Notes under the pieces: model-generated | What the model saw: the letters and a program-made list of their open reading frames with translations, nothing else | What the model was told of the DNA's origin: nothing | Databases searched by the model: none | DNA from: the human T2T-CHM13v2.0 reference genome, Homo sapiens | NCBI RefSeq assembly: GCF_009914755.1 | Contig: NC_060927.1 | DNA length: 64,000 bases | Direction: 5' to 3' (one strand) | In this document: piece by piece, positions 53,106 to 64,000 of the stretch | Layout of the letters: each line of letters begins with the position of its first letter | Position numbering within the stretch: the first letter of the stretch is position 1 | Made by a program: the position numbers and the translations under genes

Positions 53106-55929
53106 TATAAATATTTACTTTATTATCCCCCACCCACCAGGAGTCCCCCGAGGAGTGTGAGGCTGCCATGCTGGGAGCCAGAGAGCGCAGTTCAGGGCCT
53201 GGCTCTGGCACTATTTGGCAGCCCGGAGACAGAGTCATCCTGAAGGGGACTAATTCCATCCATTGAGTCCCCTGGCCAAAGCAGGCTTTGCTTATCAGTT
53301 GGGGTGCTATTGAGTCAAGAGGCTGGGGTTCAAATGCCAATTCTGTCCCTCACCAACAAAGTGAACTTGGAAAGTTATTATAGTTAAACCTTCTCTTTCC
53401 TTATCTGTGAAACGAAGTGACGACTACCTCATAGTGGTGCCTGGAGGACTAAATGACACAACCCATGCTATTCTCTTGGTGTCAAACCCTGCACATAATA
53501 GTACTTTTTATTGTCATTACCATTATTACCACTAGCACCTCAATAAGTTGTTGGGAAGATCTAAGGCCTGATGTACATAGACAAACAGCCTATGATAAGT
53601 GTTCTAAAACTATTGGTTTTTCTCCTCCATTACTACTTTCTCCTTCTGCAGACTGTTATGTGAACTTCAATGCTCAGTGCAAATGTCCCTGTGACTCCCC
53701 CTTCATCCCAGGGCAGAATGATTCACGGGCTCACTGCTTCCTCTGTGATCCCATTCCTCACACTGCAGCATGAGGGTACACGTTGGTGTCTGGTGTCCAG
53801 CAGCACCTCTGAGCTCCCCTTTGACTTTCTGGATGGATTCTTGGTATCAGAGCAAAAAACTCTGCCTCATAGGCAATGCCTGGTCAACCTCAACTCTTTC
53901 CTTGCAAGCCCCTTTGCCTTGGTTTATCTGCCCACAGAATGGGTGGCACCGTGTGGCATGTGTAGCACTAGGCAGAGGAAAAGACCCCGATCCATGGCTT
54001 CCTGATTGTTTGGTGCCTGTGCTGTGCAGGTCATTTAATCTTCTAAGCACCCCACACATCCACATCACCGTGAACCAAGTGCTCTACTGGATGTCTGATA
54101 GGCATCATCTCATTGCACCTTCATGGGAAATGTGGTCTGTGAAGAAGGGGCTGTCTTTATCTTTCTAGGTGAAGACACTGAGTTTTCAAGAAATTAAGTC
54201 ATTTGCCCAGATGGACACGGCTAGCACAGGTAAGTGGCAGACTAGCATTCCAATCTGGGTTTACCTGACTCCAAAATGCAAAACTGGGTCAGTTCTTTCA
54301 CGGGTCAGCTGTGGGTCTGAAGTTAGGGTTCACCCTGCCTTGCCTATCAGTTGGTCCCTTGCCTATCAGTTGGGGATGACAACACCTTCCTTGACTCCTT
54401 CAACTCTCACCAGGGTTCTTGGGAGGATTTAAGCAGCTAAGGGCTGAGGAAGGAGTTTGCAAAGTGTAAGGTGCTATATAGTCTTTGAAGGTTATTATTA
54501 TCCTATTTGCCTAATAGAATAGCATCAAAACTAAACCCGTACATATTACTGTTTGTGAAAATCTAATTTTTACATCTATTTTTCATTTCTAGTATAAAAA
54601 TTAAATGATAGAAATGTATATATGCATATCAAAGTATACGCATGCATAAAGAAATCACGTCCTAGTTAATGCTTTGGTAGTTGCTGATTAGAGTCTCTGA
54701 GGATTCCAGGGAATTTGGTGTGGGACCTGGGAAAGAGCCAGATGGAAACATTGGAAAGAGATAAAGGAGCTACAGCCATTGCAAAATCCACTCTTCAGGC
54801 TGAGCCTCCTATGTTAAAATCCTTTCCCCTCATTTAAAAAAAAAATTGTGGAGGATAAAGAAGGTAAAGATGAAAGATGCTCACTTTGCAGGAGAAACTG
54901 GAATGGGACTTAGAGTGATTTGATGCTGGCTTCAGGATTTTTGCCATTCCTGCACACCACCACACTTAATATCTCCCTGTTGATGTCTTTTTTTAACTTA
55001 AATTTATTTACAAAGAACTTCCCTAGTTTCAGCTTTAAAAAAAACAGGATGGTTTGTTATAAATAGAAGGTAACCAAAAAACTAAATTCAACAAAAACCA
55101 AACAGTATATTCAATCTTGAGGTCTGTTCTCTATTTGCTAAAAAGGAGATTGGAGGACATTAACAATACACTAGGACCAAACTGAGACTTTCTCCTCCAG
55201 GCTACCAGAAACCTTGAAAGAGAATTGAGAAGATAATTCAATATTTATGGTTCCTGTGTTATCAAGAATCCCCTTTCATTTTGATCATCCATATTACCGA
55301 AATGACACCCTTAAAATACCCAGCCTTTGTGTGTATACCTCTGTGCATTGAGAACTCACTACCTCCCCAGGCAGCCCTTTCACTGATGGACAGCTGTGGC
55401 TACTGGAACGTCCTTAAGGTTGAATTGAAGTTTGCTTCTCTGAAAATGCTATCCTCGGACATCATTTATCTCCTTTCGCAGCCACACAAAATAAGTCTAT
55501 TTGTTAAATATATTTAAAGAAAGCATTTGGTAGTGTCTTGGTTAATTCAGCCATTCACTGAAAAAACTTTGATAAAGCATCAATTATATACCAGAGAGAG
55601 GGAGACTAGAAATGGTCCCTTGCCTTCAGGCAGCTGGCCGACTGAAGTGAGAGAACCAGATATAGGAACTGGATCACTCCTTGATAATCTGATGCAAGCC
55701 CCACACAACTCACATGGGAGGCGAGAGGAGCAGCTGACTGTAGACTTGGGATCAACCAACAGCAGGGGCTTCACCAAGAAGGCAAGCCCTAAGCTGGCCT
55801 CTGTGTAGGAGTTGACCAGGAGGATAATAGCAAACCCCTGATGCTCATCCAAGGAGGATATGGTCGACATGCATGGGTAATTCTCAAGAAGCTCAAAGCC
55901 AGCCCAGAAAGATGAGGGAACAAAGTCAG

Positions 55930-56190
55930 CAGCTAGATGCAGTTTTGCATTTTGGAGTCAGGTAAACAAAGATTGGAATCCTAGCTCTGCCACTCACCTG
56001 TGCTAGCTATGTCCCTCTGGGCAAATTACTTAATTTCTCGAAAACTCAGTGTCTTCACCTAGAAAGATAAAGACAGCCCCTTCTTCACAGACCACATTTC
56101 CCATGAAGGTGCAATGAGATGATGCCTATCAGACATCCAGTACAGCACTTGGTCCACGGTGATGTGGATGTGTGGGGTGCTTGGAAGAGT
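55930..56190 (+). mobile_element. MIR SINE
   Basis: TTTGGAGTCAG...AATCCTAGCTCTGCCACT...GGGCAAATTACTTAA. Confidence 0.75.
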
Positions 56191-57030
56191 AAACGACCTG
56201 CACAGCACAGGCACCAAACAATCAGGAAAGATCCAGCTGGCACACGGTGCTGAGAGAACAGCAGGTCTGGAAAGTAGGACCCCAGAAAGCCATTACTAGC
56301 TTGATACCAATCGCAGTAATAGTAATAGCTGTGAATGGAGACACAAGCCCTACTGGAGGGCTTTCTCCATCTCCATCTCATTCTAAGCAAACATTTTAAT
56401 TCTGACTCCTTTTCACATTTATATGCTCAATTTATATGCTACAAAAGTGATTCTCTGTTTAGGAATAGCCTGGAAGGCTAAGTCTAAATTATAGCATCTC
56501 TTTAGAGAATTGCTACATCTGTGAAAAAAATCCTGTGATGCTTTATCCCCGCTAAGAAGTGTTTTCTTGGAAATGAAGTTAGTTGTTCACAGGAATCCTC
56601 TCTCCCAACTGCTCTGTGAAGCTGAAAGATGCTCCAAACCTCCTTTGCACAGGATATCTGCATAGAATATTATTCCCTAACTAGCCAAGTGCCTCCCAGC
56701 ACTTCCCAAATTCTGGCTTTTCCCAAATGTTTAAATCATATTTAAATAGAACTCCCTGCTGCTTTTTTTCACAGCAGTTAAACTAGCAGCAACCAGCACT
56801 TAACCCTCTGCATGGAGCATTTTCATCAGGTACAGCTCCTGGAAGGTGAGGGGTATCAAAAACTGAGAAAGCTAGAATAGAAGGGGACTCTGTCACCCCA
56901 AACACAGGGCACTACTTGCATGGAGTGTCACTACTACAGAGGGTAACCCCAGCATTTGTCTAGAACAGAGATTTTCAAACTAGGTCTCAAGAAGTGCTAG
57001 TTTGTGAAATACTAGTAAATATCATGGGGA

Positions 57031-57375
<345 letters not shown>

Positions 57376-58789
57376 TCAAATAGCTTTCAGAAAGAAGTCA
57401 ACAGGCTTAATTATTACAAAAATCAGTCTTTCGTATCCTCCTTCTCCTCCTCCTCTTCCTCTCTCTCTCTCCCATTCAAACATCTCAAAGTATTGGTGTT
57501 TTAGAGACATTTTCCTGGAGGAAGAAAAAGTCTCATTCCCAGGAAACATCTGTGTTCATGGAGCTGCCAAATTCATTTGGACAAGACCATCCACCTACCC
57601 CAAGAGGCAGGTTTGGGGGCCCCATATGTGCTGCCTGCTACACCAGAGTCCTGCTCAGGAAGGGCTCAGCTCCAGGCCTTCCAAAGGAAAAGCCAAACTC
57701 AGGTTAGGCCTAGCTTGGAGAGGGCAGTGGATTATGGATTTGACGCTGGTGAAGAGGAGGGAAGGCCAGCACAGCCCAAAAGTGAGTTGAAAACCATTTA
57801 TTCCCCAGAAAAACATCAGACTGGCTCTTCAAAGTGAACTGCCAACAGACTCCCCCAGGGGGCTTGTTAAATGCAGATTGCCAGGCCCCCCCCCAAGAAG
57901 TTCTGATCCAGCAGGTCTCAGGAAATACCCCAGATCTTGCATTTCTAGCAGGTCCTCATGTGATGCCAATGCCACTGCTCCCATTCCCCAAACAGGGAGA
58001 CCATGGCACAGTCCACACTCTGTCCTTTCAGCAATACAGGACCCGTGACAGGCACATGAGCGAGTGACACTTCACCCAGATGGCCTCACTGAGCTAAGGC
58101 AGCCAGAAGACAAACATGCCCCCTTTCCCTGTCCTCCCTATGCAAATCTAATTATCACTTGCCTTTCATTCATTAGTTCATTAATCAATGACATTCAGTA
58201 ACAACCAGGTGCCAGCCCTGTGAGAGGTGCTAGGGACCCCGGGTCAAGAGTCACCCTCTCTGCCATCTCGGAGCTTGCAGCCCAGTGGTTGTCCAAAGGA
58301 GGACAGACAAGTAAACAGACGATGACAATACAGGGCTGTAGCTCTTACCTCACCCTCTTCCCCAAGTCCTTCCCATCTCAAGGCAGAAACAGGAGACATC
58401 CTTGTTGCCTCTCTTTTCCTCCATTCCTCTCTGAGAGGTTTCCTGGCATCTGATGGCTTCTCTCATCTGCTCTGTTCCCACCCAGGCCATCACTGTCCCT
58501 GCCTGGAGAGCTATACCCACATGCCCATGAGTGGGCTCCTCGGCTCCACCCTCCAACCCAGGTGGTCTTTTAAACATATAAATCACATCATGCAACTCCC
58601 TTCTTCCCACTCCCACACTCACCAGTTCCAGCCACTTGGCTTCCATCCCCCTCCACTGCTGCACGTTGCTCCTTCTCATTTCTCAGGCCTCAGCTTAAAC
58701 CACGCTTCCTCCAGACACCTTCCTGATCGTGGTCCTAGCTTGGTGTGGGCTGCCAACCCTTTGACACTCCTCCAATGATAGGAGGGCTT

Positions 58790-59230
58790 TATTTCCCCTT
58801 TCCTGAAGCTGAGCTAGGGCTGAGACAGCTTTGGCAAATAGCATCTGGGTGGGGAGTGATGCTATTCCAGCTCCAGGCCTAGCGGTTAAGAGGACTGCAG
58901 CTGCTGTCCTGCTCTCTAGAAGCCCCGAGCTACTGTCAGAAGTCTGATGCCCGGCTGAAGCAGGAGGCCCTGACACTACATGGAGAGGGAGACAGCCCAG
59001 CAGGGCCCGGCCTACTAGCCGTCCCCATGGAGGAACCAGGCATGCGAGTAAAGCTCTCTGGGACTGTCCAGACCAGGCCCTCTGCTAGCTGAATATCACT
59101 GAGCCATCAATGCCACATACAGCAGAAAAATCACCCAGCTGAGCCCTGTCCAAATCTTTGATCCATTAAATCACAAGGTACACTAACTTTGGGGGCATTG
59201 CAGTTATACGGGAGAGATAATCAGAATACT
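58790..59230 (+). mobile_element. MLT1 (F/G/H-like) LTR
   Basis: CCAGCTGAGCCCTGTCCAAAT...GATAATCAGAATA. Confidence 0.6.
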
Positions 59231-61620
59231 CCATAGTGTATTTATTTCCATCATAGCAATCATTGGATTATAGCTGGTCTTTCTTTTAGCTGCTTTTTAA
59301 TGTTTTATTCTTCATGGTAAATTTCACCACAGCAGGAACCAAGTCTATCTTGTTCACCACTGTAAACCCAGGGTCTGGCACATGGTAGGTGCTCAATAAA
59401 TATTGGTGGAATAAGCAAATAAGTACATCAGAGTACGACGGGCACACAGAGGGAGGCACCAGGTGGGAATCAAGGAAGCTTTTCAATAGAAGTGACATCT
59501 CAGTGCTGCAGGCTGATGGCACGCAGGTGCAGGGCTCAAAGGGCACAGCCATGGGATTGGGGCCTCCTCAGCCATACCAACTACCAGGCCTCCCCAAGCC
59601 ATGTTCTTGTCTCTCAGTATCTGGCAGCAGAAATCGCACCTCATTTATCTTTGTGTCTTCGGCACTGAGCACAGTCCAGGAAAATATGAGGTCTTCAATG
59701 CACACATTTCAAACAAATGAAGTCCCACATGGCTTCTTGGAGAGAGAAGCCTGAGTTGGAAGTCAAGAACCCTGGGTTTTCATGCTCGACAGCTCATTGG
59801 GTCCTCGTTAAAGTAAGCAGCTCAGCTTTTCTGTTGCTCAGTTTGCTTGACATAAAACCACTGATTCCCTCTCCACTTCCCTGGGTTGTCATCAGGTTTA
59901 TAAGAGAGCAAGGATGTCAGAGTGCTTTGAAAGAGGTTTGTTAGAATTGGATATGTGTTGTAGAAAAGAAATATGATGATATTTTTCTCTAAATGTTAAC
60001 CTGTCCCAGGGAAACCTTCAGAACCATCACGTGGGCCTTTCTTTGGATCACGTGTCACAGGGAACTCAGCCCAGGTGAGTCTAGCCCTGAACACAGCACA
60101 GTGCGTATTCCTGGGCAGCAGCACATTCTTCAATTGCCCAGGTGGGGAGGGAATGGCTGGGGCCTTAGGGAGACACGGCCCATGGAGCACAAGGAGGAGC
60201 AATAGACTCGGAGCCAAGGGAACTGAGTCTCCATCCCAGTTCTGCTCCTAATTTACTGTAAAATCTTGGGCAAATCAGTTCCATCTCTGAGGCAAATCTC
60301 TCAGCCAAAGTGGACTAGATAGACCAAGTCAATCCTCTCCCTTCCTTCCTTCCTGTCTTCTTCCCTCCTTCCTCCCTCCCACCCATGCACACGCACCCCA
60401 GCTCTGCCAAGCACCTGACCCACTGCAATGGGAATAAAATGACAAGTCCTGGGCTCTGCCCTTAAGGCACTGAGGGGCTACTTGGCAGGTAGATGGACAT
60501 TATTAAACCAAGAATCTTTACGACGGTGAGACAAGGCTTCTCGGAACAGCCCAGATGAAGGGAGCAGAGAGCAACACAGGTCCTGTGTGCTGGGCTCCAA
60601 GGAATAGGCAGCCCGAGGCCAGTCAGTGCCCTGGGGTCAAAGGGTGAGTCCAGCCTGCCCCTAGAGACTCCACTTCCAGAAGCGGAGACGGCTCTGCCAT
60701 CACATTAGCATCGTGCAGAGGGCCCCCTCCAGCTGCACTGGCCTGGGCCGGCACCCTAATTAGACTTTCATAGTGCGTCAGGCAGCCTGCATGGCCGGGC
60801 TGCCAGCTGGGGCTCCCGTTCCGTCTGGTGGCCTCAGTTAATGAACCCATGAGGGGCTGGCCGAGCTCATTATAGGTGATACAAGGGAATAGGGTGCCCC
60901 CCCATATCCACAATCCCTGCCTTTCTCCTCTCCCTATGTGCACACTGAGAATGGGAAGAGAGCTGATTCCTAATCAAGGGGAAGGAGCGGACAGGAGAGA
61001 TGCTCCAGCCCTACCACATGGCCCTGTCTGCAGCTAGGGAGAGCCCAAGACTTGCTGGCTCCAGTGGCCATTCAGCCAGAGTTGTGGGGTTCTGAGCCTA
61101 TGTCTGCTATGCCTGTGGTTCCAGGGAGGGTCCAGATGTCATGGCTACTCTCAAGCTGCACCTAGGCCCTTTCTTATCCCAGGCCAAGGAGGCAGAGAAG
61201 AGACAAAGGTTCAATTCTGTCTCTTTCCAATTGCGGGTTCACAGACATGTTTGGACAAGCTGCTTTCTCAGAGCTTCACCATCCTCATCTTTACGATGGG
61301 GTAGTAATACCCACCTGGCACCAAAGTAAGTGCTCGGTTCGATACATTATCTTTGTTTTTATTCTTAAAAGACAAGGGAGAAATGATTCCAAAATGTGAG
61401 CAGTGGTTGTGAGCAGTGGGACTATGAATGATATTTTTCTCTTTTCTGTACTTTCTAAATTGTATACAATGAGCATTTTACCTTTGTTGTTTGAAAAAAC
61501 ACAATTTTTCTCCAAAAAAATATGAGATTATATGTGTGAAAGGGTCTAGACTGTGCCTGAGTGAATGTTATTAATAGAGGCTTCCTCCTGCAGCAGAAGT
61601 TTGAATAGAAGAGACTGGGT

Positions 61621-62038
<418 letters not shown>

Positions 62039-62109
62039 TCAAGGAAGTGTTTAGAGGAGTTTAAAGGCAGAGAGCTCCCTGGCCAGAGTGGAATGCAAAA
62101 AATGTGGAC

Positions 62110-62575
62110 AGGAAGGTGGACGCGACCCAAGTGTCCACCAACAGATGACCAAACAAACAAAATGTGGTCTATCTGCACCATATTATTCAGCCTGAAAAAG
62201 GAAGAACATTCTGACACATGCTACCACAGGGATGAACTTTGAGGCATTATGCTAAGTGAAACTAGCCAGTCACAAAGAGACAAATATTGTATAATTGCAC
62301 TTATATGACATATCTACAGCAGTCGAATTCATAAAGACATAAAGTAGAATGGTAGTTGCCGGCAGCTGGAAGGCGTGGCAGGGAATGGGGAGTTAGTGTT
62401 TAATGGGGATAGAATTTCAGTGGAGGAAGATGTAAAAAGCACTGGAGTTGGATGGTGGCGATGGTTGCATAACATTGTGAATGTGTTTAGTGCCACTGAA
62501 CTGTTCATTTAAAAATGATGAAAATGGTAAATTTTATATTATGTGTGCTTTGTCACAATTAAAATATATATATAC
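62110..62575 (+). mobile_element. L1MB-like 3' end
   Basis: ACCCAAGTGTCCA...GCTAAGTGAAA...GGATGGTGGCGATGGTTGCA...GGTAAATTTTAT. Confidence 0.85.
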
Positions 62576-62594
62576 ATACATACATACATGGAGA

Positions 62595-63008
<414 letters not shown>

Positions 63009-63894
63009 TCAGGATCAGGTCAGGTGAGATAAAGCAAGTCGCTGATCTCCTGGTGTTGAGGGCCACCAGCTGGAGAGATGACCCAAGGAGAAGGGAGAGT
63101 CCAGGAAGCATGGCTGAAGGAGAGACAGTGCTGGCCGGGGGACCTGCCAAGTGGAGCCCTGCATGGTTGACACAGTCCAAGTGAGATTTGCTGCTTCCTG
63201 CCTGCCTGTATTTAATGAGCTGAAGCCAGGGAGTTCTAAGCACAGAAGGTTTTGTAGCTGGAGGATTCAGGACCTGCCAAGTCAATGCCCAAGCAGATGG
63301 AGCCTCCATGATCTCAGAGCTTGGGATATGAGAAATCAGGACACATGACAGTTTGTGCATCGAAAATAAGTAAATAAGGCAGGGAAAGAGCCGGGGCACT
63401 GAGGTCCTCCAGGAGAGCAAGGAAGAGGAATGTTTGAGCATCAATTCCATGGAGAAGAAATTCACTGAGCTAACAAAATTCAGAAGAAGGCTGGCTGACA
63501 CCCAAATAAAGGACAACTGGATCGGGACAGGATGTCCTGAAGGGAGGTAGGGGTCTCACCAGGGCACAAATGGAGGCTAGCTCAGTGCCGGTGCTTGGTA
63601 GCATAATAATAACAGCAACAATTGATTGAGCACCTATTGTCTGTGACAAACACTCTTCTTGGGTTGTTCATTTATTCCCTTCAGGAAACTTCTGCAGAGG
63701 AACTCTTTCTAGCTTCCCTTTACACATGAGGAAGACTGAGGCTTGGAGGTGTAAGTAACCTGCAGAGCCAGGGCCCTGAAGGCACACCCTCTGCCTCCAA
63801 TGAAGCTGGCTGGCCTCCTTTCTGCTTTGCCACCAACTGTCCGCCCACCCCAGTGCTGCCTCCCATCTCTGTGCACCCATACCCAACTTCTTAC

Positions 63895-64000
63895 TTGAAC
63901 TGGTGCTCCCGGGAGCTGCGGATTTTGGAGGAGAAGCGCTCAGCCAGCTTCTCCAGGCTGCGGGAGTACTCGAGCTCAATCTCAGCTTTCCGGCGGAAAA
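63895..64000 (-). CDS. SRGAP3: SRGAP3 coding exon (probably exon 2), 5' part outside window; FCH/F-BAR motif
   Basis: Minus strand reads FRRKAEIELEYSRSLEKLAERFSSKIRSSREHQF then AA|GTAAG donor at 63894 (phase 2). Confidence 0.95.

Overview
Primate, almost certainly human, genomic DNA lying inside the SRGAP3 gene (SLIT-ROBO Rho GTPase-activating protein 3, 3p25), which is transcribed on the minus strand. Four coding exons of the N-terminal F-BAR region can be read with canonical GT-AG junctions and compatible phases: 63895->64000 (cut by the window edge), 43874-44036, 19148-19210 and 3546-3731, probably exons 2-5. The rest is intronic and packed with Alu, L1, L2, MIR, L3/CR1, MaLR/ERVL LTRs and DNA-transposon relics; repeat families were assigned by eye and boundaries are approximate. 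Nearly all other ORF-track entries are spurious. I see no new protein-coding system. The structure not explained by ordinary annotation is a recurring set of short local copies (16-300 bp, source 0-3 kb away, direct or inverted), several inserted into simple-repeat tails or old transposons. They include a decayed copy of the 63-nt coding exon, a 145-bp copy inside an AT-rich quasi-palindromic Alu tail, and a 119-bp inverted copy inside an L1 tail.
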